Part shown: positions 56,413-64,000 of the stretch, piece by piece
How positions within the stretch are numbered: the first letter of the stretch is position 1
Layout: each line of letters begins with the position of its first letter
Assembly: GCA_963559135.1 (NCBI GenBank)
Contig: CAUWJP010000002.1
Span: 2,572-66,571 of the forward strand
Length of the DNA: 64,000 nucleotides
From: an uncultured Sellimonas sp.
Lineage (GTDB): Bacteria > Bacillota > Clostridia > Lachnospirales > Lachnospiraceae
Reading direction: 5' to 3'
Program-made: the position numbers and the translations under genes
The notes under the pieces: model-generated
The model's database searches: none
What the model was told of the DNA's origin: nothing
What the model saw: only the letters and a program-made list of their open reading frames with translations

Positions 56413-56961
56413 ATGAAATACAAACGTTCCATAAATGAACACACACTCCACTTCAGCCATAACGTGCTGGCATTTCTCTATGTTGTGCTTGGAATTGTAC
56501 TTTTGATCAAGCCAACCGAACTGACTCGCCTGTTCTGCATGCTTCTTGGCATTGCGGCGCTTTTGTACGGTGGAATCAGACTGTTTTCCTATCTGCGCAG
56601 AAAAGAATATGAATCCGCCTTTCAGATGGATCTGATTCTTGGTGTGATTCTGATTGTCGTCGGAGTTGTCTGCCTGGTTCGGCCACAGATTATTCTCTCC
56701 ATTCTGCCATTTGTCCTCGGGATTATTATCCTGCTGGATGCCATCGGAATTCTTCAGCGGTCACTGAGTCTGCGAAGATTTGACTATGACAGATGGTGGG
56801 TTTCCCTCATCCTGGCACTAATGCTTGCACTTTTCGGACTTATTTTGATTGCCAATCCGTTTGAAACGACAATCCTCTTTGTTCGTTTTCTCGGATTTAC
56901 ACTACTGGCAGATGGGTGTTTTGATCTGTGGGGAAATTATCAATATCGAAAATATCTGTAG
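56413..56961 (+). CDS. HdeD/DUF308-family membrane protein
   Basis: Six TM helices with a repeated LLLGI..L..G pattern; the start abuts the upstream stop. Confidence 0.6.
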   Translation: MKYKRSINEHTLHFSHNVLAFLYVVLGIVLLIKPTELTRLFCMLLGIAALLYGGIRLFSYLRRKEYESAFQMDLILGVILIVVGVVCLVRPQIILSILPFVLGIIILLDAIGILQRSLSLRRFDYDRWWVSLILALMLALFGLILIANPFETTILFVRFLGFTLLADGCFDLWGNYQYRKYL

Positions 56962-57020
56962 TTTAAAATTCTACAAATTAGAACAATCCGAAATTTGAAC
57001 CGCTTTTTATCACAATAGGA

Positions 57021-57088
57021 AACAGAGGTGCAGGCTTCTTCATACGGTTACTGCGTACAGAAGAAGTCCGACACCTCTGTTTTATTTT
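57021..57088. terminator. Terminator between convergent genes
   Basis: AACAGAGGTG / CACCTCTGTT outer stem with an inner CTTCTTC/GAAGAAG stem, followed by TTTATTTT. Confidence 0.6.
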
Positions 57089-57112
57089 ATATTTATCGTT
57101 CTGTTCTACTGT

Positions 57113-57985
57113 TTATCCCACTGTGATCGTGTAGGATTTTTCAAAGATTTCGCCCGGTTCCAGCTCATTGCCCCATTCTCTTTCTTCCAGCTTCTTATTG
57201 AAGTCCGCCCGGTCACATCTTCCGTACCACGGCTCAATGCAGACAAATGGAGCCTTTCCTCCTTTCGGCGCCCAGATACCAAAGAGCGGCGCGTCAAAAG
57301 CAACCGTCACATAGGCATTCCCCTCAGGGTCTATAAGAGATACGTTGTGCGCCTGGTCGTTTTCAATGACCAGCGCATCTCTTGAAAACAGATCCTCCGC
57401 AATCTGCATTTCTCCATTTTCCAGCTGATATGTAACCTTTTCCTCTGTCAGAAGGCCGCCCTCTCCGATCAGGCTGGAGACTACCGAACCCTTTGCATCA
57501 AAACGCAACCGGTAATCTGTCTGTTTCCCCTTCCCGGAAATCGGGCATACAAACGCCGGGTGGCCACCGATGGAAAAATACATCGTCTTCTCATTTGTAT
57601 TTTCCACTTTCCATATCACTTTGACTGTTCTGCCTTCCAGTCTGTAGCCAATAGACAGACAGAAATCAAATGGATACTTTTCCTTCGTTTCCGGCGTTTC
57701 ATGCAGCTCAAACCAAATTTCATTCTCCGCTTCTTTTGTGACAGTAAAATCCATATCCCGGGCAAAGCCATGCTGCGTCATTGTATACGTCTTTCCCTCA
57801 TAGATGCTCTCCTTATCCCGGTAGTTTCCAACCAAAGGGAAAAGCACCGGAGACGTCCGTTTCCAGAAAGCCGGATCAGCATCCCACAAATACTCCTGTC
57901 CAGTCTGATTATCCTTCAGAGATTTCATCTCCGCTCCATAAGAAGCAATTTCCAGTGTCAATTCTTCATTTTTCAAACAAAACAT
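57113..57985 (-). CDS. Aldose 1-epimerase-family protein (LacX-like)
   Basis: About 290 aa beta-sandwich mutarotase with the LFPLVGN, HGFAR, GGHPAF and EPW motif order. Confidence 0.8.
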   Translation of the reverse strand: MFCLKNEELTLEIASYGAEMKSLKDNQTGQEYLWDADPAFWKRTSPVLFPLVGNYRDKESIYEGKTYTMTQHGFARDMDFTVTKEAENEIWFELHETPETKEKYPFDFCLSIGYRLEGRTVKVIWKVENTNEKTMYFSIGGHPAFVCPISGKGKQTDYRLRFDAKGSVVSSLIGEGGLLTEEKVTYQLENGEMQIAEDLFSRDALVIENDQAHNVSLIDPEGNAYVTVAFDAPLFGIWAPKGGKAPFVCIEPWYGRCDRADFNKKLEEREWGNELEPGEIFEKSYTITVG

Positions 57986-58000
57986 AGACTGTTCCTCCTT

Positions 58001-59203
58001 TTATCGGTCACGACAGACCTGAAAAATATAAAACTTCAAATAATACGATTCATCTGCCGCCCACAGGATAGGATGATCCGGGGACTGCGTCCTGAATTCC
58101 ACCTGACGGAGTCTTACATGCACATTTTTCGCCGCCTGAGCGATTGTTTTCGTGAACAGCTCATAGTCCATGAAATGCGAACAGGAGCAGGTTGCAAGAA
58201 AACCGCCGTCTTTTACCAGTTTCATACCACGCAGATTGATTTCCCGGTAGCCTTTCACTGCATTTTTTATCGAACTTCTGGATTTCGTAAACGCCGGCGG
58301 ATCCAGAATCACGACATCATACTTTTCTCCCTGCTTCTCCAGCTCCGGAAGTAATTCAAACACATCCCGGCTGATAAATTTTACCCTGTCAGAAAGTCCG
58401 TTCAGCTCCGCATTCTCCCGGGCCTGATCCACCGCCAGATCCGACGCATCCACACCAAGCACACTCTCTGCGCCTGCGACTCCCGCATTCAGGGCAAACG
58501 ATCCGGTATGCGTAAAGCAATCCAGCACCTTCGCATTCTTACAAAGCTTCTGAATCGCCAGACGGTTGTATTTCTGATCCAGGAAAAATCCCGTCTTCTG
58601 TCCGTCCTTCACATCCACAATATAGCGGACACCGTTCTCCACGATCTCCACATTCGTGTCAAAAGCTTCTCCCAGAAATCCTTTCACCTTTTTCAGACCT
58701 TCCTTCTCCCGCTCCTTCGCATCACTACGCTCGTACACGCCACGGATCCGGATGCCATCCTCCAGAAGAATCTCCCGAAGCAGATTCATCAGCATCTCCT
58801 TATAACGGTCGATTCCAAGAGCAAGCGCCTGGAACACCAGCACGTCTGAAAACTTATCAATCACCATACCCGGAAGAAAATCCGCCTCACCAAACACAAG
58901 CCGACAACTTGATGTATCCACCGTCTTCTTTCGATACTCCCATGCATCCTTCAAACGCATACGGAAAAACGCCTCATCGATCTCCTGATCAATATTCCTC
59001 GTCAACATCCGCACACGAATCTTCGAATTTCGATTAATAAATCCCCGACCCATCGGATACCCGTCAAAATCATGGACAAGCACGATATCACCATTATCAA
59101 ACTCACCCATCACACTATCGATCTCATTATCAAAAATCCAGGCACCGCCAGACTTCAACATCCGCCCCTCACCCTTCTTTAACGTCACAACAGCAAAACT
59201 CAT
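58001..59203 (-). CDS. rlmI: Class I SAM-dependent rRNA m5C methyltransferase (RlmI-like, PUA plus MTase)
   Basis: An N-terminal PUA-like domain, VLDCFTHTGSFAL (SAM motif I) and ILDPPAF. Confidence 0.8.
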   Translation of the reverse strand: MSFAVVTLKKGEGRMLKSGGAWIFDNEIDSVMGEFDNGDIVLVHDFDGYPMGRGFINRNSKIRVRMLTRNIDQEIDEAFFRMRLKDAWEYRKKTVDTSSCRLVFGEADFLPGMVIDKFSDVLVFQALALGIDRYKEMLMNLLREILLEDGIRIRGVYERSDAKEREKEGLKKVKGFLGEAFDTNVEIVENGVRYIVDVKDGQKTGFFLDQKYNRLAIQKLCKNAKVLDCFTHTGSFALNAGVAGAESVLGVDASDLAVDQARENAELNGLSDRVKFISRDVFELLPELEKQGEKYDVVILDPPAFTKSRSSIKNAVKGYREINLRGMKLVKDGGFLATCSCSHFMDYELFTKTIAQAAKNVHVRLRQVEFRTQSPDHPILWAADESYYLKFYIFQVCRDR

Positions 59204-59389
59204 ATCTCAATCTCCCATCTATCACTTTTCAATTCTCCCTTATCATACCACATCCCCCTGCCCCCGTCTCCCATTTCCATATATTCCGAATCTTCTGAAA
59301 ATTCATCATCGGGGACAGGTCAAAATTCCTCCAAAACCACCACCACACCAACAAACACAACGCTTTCAAAAAGATTCTACAATTTCGCC

Positions 59390-59429
59390 AACGGGGACGT
59401 GTTCCGATGCACCGGAACACGTCCCCGTT
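59390..59429. repeat. GC-rich perfect palindrome (REP-like element, copy B)
   Basis: AACGGGGACGTGTTCCG, a 6 nt loop, then CGGAACACGTCCCCGTT (17 bp stem), 11 nt downstream of the HMA gene stop. There is no U-tract on either strand. Confidence 0.7.
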
Positions 59430-59439
59430 AATAACAAAA

Positions 59440-59802
59440 TTAAATAGTTTTTACTACTTCGTACCCTGCTTTTTTTACGGCATTTCGGATGTCGTCGTCG
59501 GAGATTTCGTGGTCGTAAGATACGATGGCCTGTGATTTTTGGAGGTTTACTTTGGCGGTTGCGCCGTCGATTTTGTTGATGGCTCTGGTCACGTTTTCTG
59601 CGCAATGTTTGCAGTGCATACCGGAAATTTTTACTGTTTTTTCGCCGATTTTGGGATGTTTCAGTGTTTTTTCTTCGATTTGAATCAGCCCTTTATTTCC
59701 TCCTCCGCAACAGGCTCCTTGGCCTTTGAAGTGTTTGATAGTTCCTTTGACTGCCAAGATGAGAATAATTAATATAATGAGTAATATAATGATGTCTACC
59801 AT
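59440..59802 (-). CDS. Membrane-anchored Cys-rich linker fused to an HMA (CopZ-like) metal-binding domain
   Basis: N-terminal TM helix IIILLIILIILILAV, then GACCGGG, then an HMA fold with GMHCKHC. Confidence 0.75.
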   Translation of the reverse strand: MVDIIILLIILIILILAVKGTIKHFKGQGACCGGGNKGLIQIEEKTLKHPKIGEKTVKISGMHCKHCAENVTRAINKIDGATAKVNLQKSQAIVSYDHEISDDDIRNAVKKAGYEVVKTI

Positions 59803-59866
59803 ATTTTTACTCCTTTATTTCTTCTTTTAAATATCCATAGTGAATATCTGTGAGCTGCTGTCTGTT

Positions 59867-59983
59867 TTATCGGTTTTTTCGTTTTTTTCTGATCCAGAGA
59901 ATCAGCTGGTAAATTCCGATTGCAACGAAATAAATGAGAATGAATGCGCCAATTGCATAGAACATGGAGTTTTTATCACCCAT
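59867..59983 (-). CDS. Possible 38-aa single-TM peptide
   Basis: Not in the track. Reads MGDKNSMFYAIGAFILIYFVAIGIYQLILWIRKKRKNR and lies between two feo accessory genes on the same strand. Confidence 0.3.
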   Translation of the reverse strand: MGDKNSMFYAIGAFILIYFVAIGIYQLILWIRKKRKNR

Positions 59984-60016
59984 TTTTCTACCTTCTTTCC
60001 TGAACAATATGGCTGT

Positions 60017-60193
60017 TTATTTCTTTTCCTGATAGAGGGAAGCGTTGCATCCTGCGCAGGAGCCGGAGCATCCTCTACATCCTGCGCAGCCTCCTTTTCC
60101 GCTCTTTTTATCCTGATGTTTCCTGTAAATAATGTATCCGCAATATCCAATTACCAGTGCGAGGATAATGATATCGGCAATGCCTGTTATCAT
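60017..60193 (-). CDS. FeoB-associated Cys-rich membrane protein (58 aa)
   Basis: Not in the track. Reads MITGIADIIILALVIGYCGYIIYRKHQDKKSGKGGCAGCRGCSGSCAGCNASLYQEKK, with GGAGG 7 nt upstream and a position downstream of feoB. Confidence 0.7.
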   Translation of the reverse strand: MITGIADIIILALVIGYCGYIIYRKHQDKKSGKGGCAGCRGCSGSCAGCNASLYQEKK

Positions 60194-60297
60194 GGTTTGC
60201 TTCCTCCTTTACATTGATATCTGATTTTTGTTCTTTTTCTGATATGTTCATGAAAGCCGGCTATGGTGGTTCATAGCCAGCTTTTTTATTATAGCTC

Positions 60298-62484
60298 TTA
60301 TCTTGCCGCCTGAACAGAAGATTTTGTATAGACTTTTTGGATTTTATATGGATCTGGCCTGAACAGCAGAATCAGGAAGATAATTGCGACAATAAATCCG
60401 ACTGCTGTTCCGATTCCGAATGCTCCTCCCATTGCGAAGCTTCCGATCTGATATACGCATAAGCATACGAGATATGCGAATACATTCTGGAATGCGATCG
60501 CGAACCAGAACCATTTTCTGGACTGCATCTGTTGGGCCATTGTGGCAATCGCTGCAAGACATGGTGAGTCAAGCAGGTTGAACAGCAGGAAAGAGAATGC
60601 TGCGATGGTTGTCGGGAACCATGCTGCCACACCCTGTGCGACGTTTACTGCATCTTCGGTATCTCCTGCTACGTTTGCAAGAACACCCATCGTGGATACA
60701 ATTGCTTCTTTTGCTGTAAATCCGGACAGCGATGCTGCCACCGGCTGCCATTCCCCGAAGCCAAGTGGTGCAAAAAGTGGAGCGATCACGCCACCGATTG
60801 TTGCAAGAAGACTGTTGTTGCTGTCTTCTACTATTCCGAATCCACCGTCTGCAAATCCGAATCCGCCGAGGAACCACATGACTACACATGCGAGGAAGAG
60901 AATCGTTCCTGCTTTAATAATGAAGCCTTTCAGTCTTTCCCATACGTGCATCAGTACTGTCTTTACGGAAGGAATATGGTATTGTGGAAGTTCCATTACG
61001 AACGGAGCAGGTTTTCCGGAAAATGGTTTTGTTTTCTTTAAAATGATAGCAGATGCAAGTACCGCAAGGATTCCGATGAAGTACATCAGCGGAGCAACAA
61101 ATCCGCCTGCCACATAGCTTCCTGTTGCATAGCTTGCCATAACGCCTCCCATCAGAGCAATAACCGGGAGTTTTGCTCCACATGGGATGAAGGTTGCGGT
61201 CATAATGGTAAGTCGTCTGTCATTGTCCTGCTCTATGGTCTTGGAGGCCATAATACCAGGAATACCGCATCCTGAGGAAATCAGAAGCGGGATAAAGCTC
61301 TTTCCTGAAAGCCCAAAGTGACGGAAAATCCGGTCCATAACAAATGCGATACGAACCATGTATCCACAGTCCTCAAGGAGAGACAGGAACAGGAAGAGAA
61401 TTGCCATCTGCGGCACAAATCCAAGTACGGCTCCTACGCCGCCGATAATACCGTCAACAACAAGCCCTGTTACAAGATCCCCTGCGCCGATTGTATTAAG
61501 TCCGGCTGAAACAGCATCCTGAATTGCCACAACAAAGACATCGTTTGTCCAGTCTGTTACAATCGTACCGATTGTTGTAACGGAAATGTAATACACAACT
61601 GCCATCACTACAAGGAAAATCGGAATACCGAGAATACGGTTTGTCACAATCCGGTCGATCTTATCAGAAACAGTAAGTTGTCCTTTTGCCTTTTTCACGG
61701 TAGATGCCACAATCTTCTGTATGTAATTATAGCGTCCATCGGTAATGATACTTTCCATATCATCATCGCGTGCTTTTTCCAGCTCATTGGTAGCTGTCTC
61801 TGCCTGATTTAATACTTCATTCGAAAACTCCATATTTTCGTTGACTTTGCTGTCACGCTCCAGAAGCTTCACCGCATACCATCTTTTCTTATTTTCGCTG
61901 ATAGAATCTGGCAGCATACTCTGAACACTGGAAACCGCTTTTTCAATATCAGCTTCAAAGATTTCTCCCGGAAGCTTGTGTTCGGACTTTCTTGCAACTT
62001 TTACAGCTTCATCGATCACTTCATTTAATCCTGTCCCTTTCAGGGCGGAAGTCTCAATGATCGGGCAACCGATTAACATGCTCAGTCTCTTTACATCAAT
62101 TTTGATATTGTTCTTTTCCAGGAGATCACTCATGTTCAATGTGATTACAACCGGAATTCCCGTTTCGATAAGCTGCGTTGTCAGGTACAGGTTTCTCTCG
62201 ATGTTTGTCGCATCCACCAGGTCAATAATAACATCCGGCTCTTCATTCAGAAGATAATCACGGCTGACAACCTCTTCCAGTGTATATGGTGAAAGGGAAT
62301 AGATCCCCGGAAGGTCTGTTACGCTCACTTCCTCTTTGCCTTTTCTTCTTTTCACCTTTCCTTCTTTTTTCTCAACGGTAACGCCAGGCCAGTTTCCAAC
62401 GTATTGATTCGCTCCCGTCAATGCATTGAACATCGTCGTCTTACCACAGTTCGGGTTTCCGGCGAGTGCAATTTTTACTGCCAT
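60298..62484 (-). CDS. feoB: Ferrous iron transporter FeoB
   Basis: N-terminal G-domain GNPNCGKTT and DLPG, plus a large polytopic C-terminus; 728 aa. Confidence 0.95.
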   Translation of the reverse strand: MAVKIALAGNPNCGKTTMFNALTGANQYVGNWPGVTVEKKEGKVKRRKGKEEVSVTDLPGIYSLSPYTLEEVVSRDYLLNEEPDVIIDLVDATNIERNLYLTTQLIETGIPVVITLNMSDLLEKNNIKIDVKRLSMLIGCPIIETSALKGTGLNEVIDEAVKVARKSEHKLPGEIFEADIEKAVSSVQSMLPDSISENKKRWYAVKLLERDSKVNENMEFSNEVLNQAETATNELEKARDDDMESIITDGRYNYIQKIVASTVKKAKGQLTVSDKIDRIVTNRILGIPIFLVVMAVVYYISVTTIGTIVTDWTNDVFVVAIQDAVSAGLNTIGAGDLVTGLVVDGIIGGVGAVLGFVPQMAILFLFLSLLEDCGYMVRIAFVMDRIFRHFGLSGKSFIPLLISSGCGIPGIMASKTIEQDNDRRLTIMTATFIPCGAKLPVIALMGGVMASYATGSYVAGGFVAPLMYFIGILAVLASAIILKKTKPFSGKPAPFVMELPQYHIPSVKTVLMHVWERLKGFIIKAGTILFLACVVMWFLGGFGFADGGFGIVEDSNNSLLATIGGVIAPLFAPLGFGEWQPVAASLSGFTAKEAIVSTMGVLANVAGDTEDAVNVAQGVAAWFPTTIAAFSFLLFNLLDSPCLAAIATMAQQMQSRKWFWFAIAFQNVFAYLVCLCVYQIGSFAMGGAFGIGTAVGFIVAIIFLILLFRPDPYKIQKVYTKSSVQAAR

Positions 62485-62543
62485 AAATCCTACCTCCTCA
62501 AGTTAGTTTCTTTTAACTTATATTTAAAAAAATATTGTTAGTC

Positions 62544-62762
62544 TTACTTAACCTTTACGCACTCTGCATCATTCTTTCTGACAGAGAGTTCGTATCCCCT
62601 CACGGTAATCTCTACAGGGTCTCCAAGAGGTGCCACCTTTCTGATGTAAATTTCGCTCCCCTTTGTAATTCCCATATCCATAATCCGGCGCTTATATGCT
62701 CCGTCTCCTTCGATTTTGGTTACTACTACTGTTGAACCTACTTCAGCATCTTTTAATGTCAT
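62544..62762 (-). CDS. feoA: FeoA-family protein
   Basis: 72 aa SH3-like protein (RRIMDMGITKGSEIYIRKVAPLGDPVEI). Confidence 0.9.
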   Translation of the reverse strand: MTLKDAEVGSTVVVTKIEGDGAYKRRIMDMGITKGSEIYIRKVAPLGDPVEITVRGYELSVRKNDAECVKVK

Positions 62763-62810
62763 ACTACTTCTCCTTTCTATAAGCTAAAAACAGCCGGTGT
62801 ATTTCCTCAA

Positions 62811-63023
62811 CTATACCATAATACGTTTGGCCATATCTTCATTGATTGCAACTCTGGAATCCTTGATATTTACAATCAGGTTTCCATTCAGTTTGGAAAT
62901 CACACTGACTTCTGCATTCTCGACAAATCCAAGTCCAGCCAGAAATCTTTTTGTTTCCTCAGCTCCTCCTACGCGTTTGATACAAGCCTGATCACCCTGC
63001 TGTAAAAAAATCAATGGCTGCAT
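62811..63023 (-). CDS. feoA: FeoA-family protein (second copy)
   Basis: 70 aa (RFLAGLGFVENAEVSVISKLNGNLIVNIKDSRVAI). Confidence 0.85.
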   Translation of the reverse strand: MQPLIFLQQGDQACIKRVGGAEETKRFLAGLGFVENAEVSVISKLNGNLIVNIKDSRVAINEDMAKRIMV

Positions 63024-63066
63024 AGAATCCCCTCCACTTATTGTAATCTTTTTCTTTCAAGATAAG

Positions 63067-63084
63067 AGTTAGCTTTTTCTAACT
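63067..63084. promoter_or_regulatory. Inverted repeat, a candidate operator in the feo promoter region
   Basis: AGTTAG-N6-CTAACT is a perfect 6 bp inverted repeat just downstream of a candidate promoter on the minus strand: TTGACA (63120..63115), a 17 nt spacer, then TAAACT (63097..63092). Confidence 0.3.
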
Positions 63085-63203
63085 GTTGTCAAGTTTACTA
63101 CCACTAACTCGCTTTGTCAAGGCAGAGTTTATACTTTCTTAATAATTTTAGTTTTTTATGAATCCGCCCTAACTTCAGGAGCTGTCAAATGCATGGCATT
63201 CAT

Positions 63204-63250
63204 CAAAAAGACGCTGTAATTACAGACTCCTGTCTATGATTACAACGTCT
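63204..63250 (-). terminator. Intrinsic terminator after 63283..63696
   Basis: A 12 bp stem, AGACGTTGTAAT/ATTACAGCGTCT (one mismatch), followed by TTTTTG on the minus strand. Confidence 0.5.
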
Positions 63251-63282
63251 CTTCCGCTGTCGCTATTTTCTTTGCAGTACTT

Positions 63283-63696
63283 CTATTCTACCAAAACCCG
63301 GATGGCCTTTTTCAGATCATAAAATTCGGACTGCACTTCCAGATTCTCCACAATCTTAACCTGTGCTTCCTCTGTCAGTGCCAAAACCTGATGCCAGATT
63401 CCTTTTCTCAGACATACCGGTTTATCCAGTATAAATGCTTCGTACTCTTCCGGATTTTCATGCGTTGCTACCACGAGAACTGTAATCCCCTGCAGTGGTT
63501 CAAAACTTTCGCGTGATGTCGGATGGCACTCCATCCGATTGATTTCTTTGTTTGTATACCGGAACACGGCAAGCCTCCACGGTTCCTTCTCTTCTGTGGT
63601 AATAATACAGAATGTCTCTTTCGACTCTTCCGGGAATTCCAGTACCTCTCCATATGGTAAAAATTTCTCTCTCTGAACAGCCTGTAATGTTTTCAT
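63283..63696 (-). CDS. Ureidoglycolate lyase-like / cupin-fold small protein
   Basis: 137 aa with an ECHPTSRESFEPL motif reminiscent of the ureidoglycolate hydrolase family; the assignment is weak. Confidence 0.4.
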   Translation of the reverse strand: MKTLQAVQREKFLPYGEVLEFPEESKETFCIITTEEKEPWRLAVFRYTNKEINRMECHPTSRESFEPLQGITVLVVATHENPEEYEAFILDKPVCLRKGIWHQVLALTEEAQVKIVENLEVQSEFYDLKKAIRVLVE

Positions 63697-63709
63697 TCTC
63701 TTCCTCCAT

Positions 63710-64000
63710 CTACTTTAAAGTCATTTTCCGGTACATCCGTGCATTTTGATGATTGGCATCGTATGACAGCGCCTTGTCAAAAGATTCTTCTGCCTTTCGG
63801 AGTTCACCCAGGCCCAGATAAGAAAGTCCCATTAAGTACCAGCAGTGAGCCTTATTTTTCCTGTTCAGGTCATCTTCGAAAATCAGGAAATCAGGGAGAG
63901 AAACTGCAAAATACTCAATCCGCATTTCATCATTCAGATGCCGCTCCCCGTAATCAAGCAGCTTGAAAAACCGTGATCTGGCTTCCTTTTCCTTACCCAA
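63710..64000 (-). CDS. Partial CDS: C-terminal 96 residues of a larger protein, TPR-like repeats
   Basis: The ORF runs off the right edge. WYLMGLSYLGLGELRKAEESFDKALSYDANHQNA is a TPR-type helix pair. Confidence 0.5.
   Translation of the reverse strand: MGKEKEARSRFFKLLDYGERHLNDEMRIEYFAVSLPDFLIFEDDLNRKNKAHCWYLMGLSYLGLGELRKAEESFDKALSYDANHQNARMYRKMTLK

Noticed and set aside
63024-63282. A Fur box upstream of feoA.
   Set aside because: No 19 bp GATAATGATAATCATTATC-like or 7-1-7 TGATAAT-N-ATTATCA element was seen on either strand. Only the unrelated AGTTAG/CTAACT repeat is present.

Overview
This is a chromosomal window from a low-GC Gram-positive, spore-forming anaerobe. The evidence is a spoIIID gene, two T-box leaders, GGAGG-type ribosome-binding sites (RBS), a lipobox lipoprotein and Clostridia-like gene content; the taxon is an inference. 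About 55 genes are packed tightly and lie mostly on the minus strand. I saw no rRNA, tRNA, CRISPR array, transposase, integrase or phage genes. The functional blocks run left to right as follows. (1) An 11-13 gene nucleoside uptake and catabolism operon: udp, cdd, deoB, a BMP-lipoprotein ABC importer, guanine deaminase, an embedded Crp/Fnr regulator, punA, add, deoC and a YgjV-like membrane protein. (2) A VanRS-like two-component pair plus a C39-like peptidase. (3) spoIIID, a frameshifted 2H phosphoesterase and an AT-rich orphan gene. (4) A ferredoxin pair followed by a T-box-controlled BASS-family transporter. (5) A T-box-controlled but atypical ThrRS. (6) An 8.8 kb carbohydrate block (GH13, MalQ, cellobiose-type PTS, GH1, two RpiR regulators) bracketed by a 108 bp direct repeat. 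(7) A set of unknowns, then a ybaN / ygbA-like / cydDC-like operon and a CNNM/hemolysin-family gene. (8) A polyamine operon (speA, speE, speB, carboxy(nor)spermidine dehydrogenase and decarboxylase) behind a roughly 390 nt terminator-containing leader. (9) rpiB and hemerythrin, a pepT-yfcC-pepV peptide block, and housekeeping genes. (10) A feoA-feoA-feoB locus with unusual Cys-rich and HMA accessory genes. No recognisable defence or mobile system stands out. The most interesting signals are regulatory RNAs of unknown or unexpected specificity, the degenerate ThrRS, the repeat-bracketed sugar island, a shared GC-rich palindrome family and an orphan AT-rich gene. All calls come from reading the sequence and recalling protein families; no database search was run.
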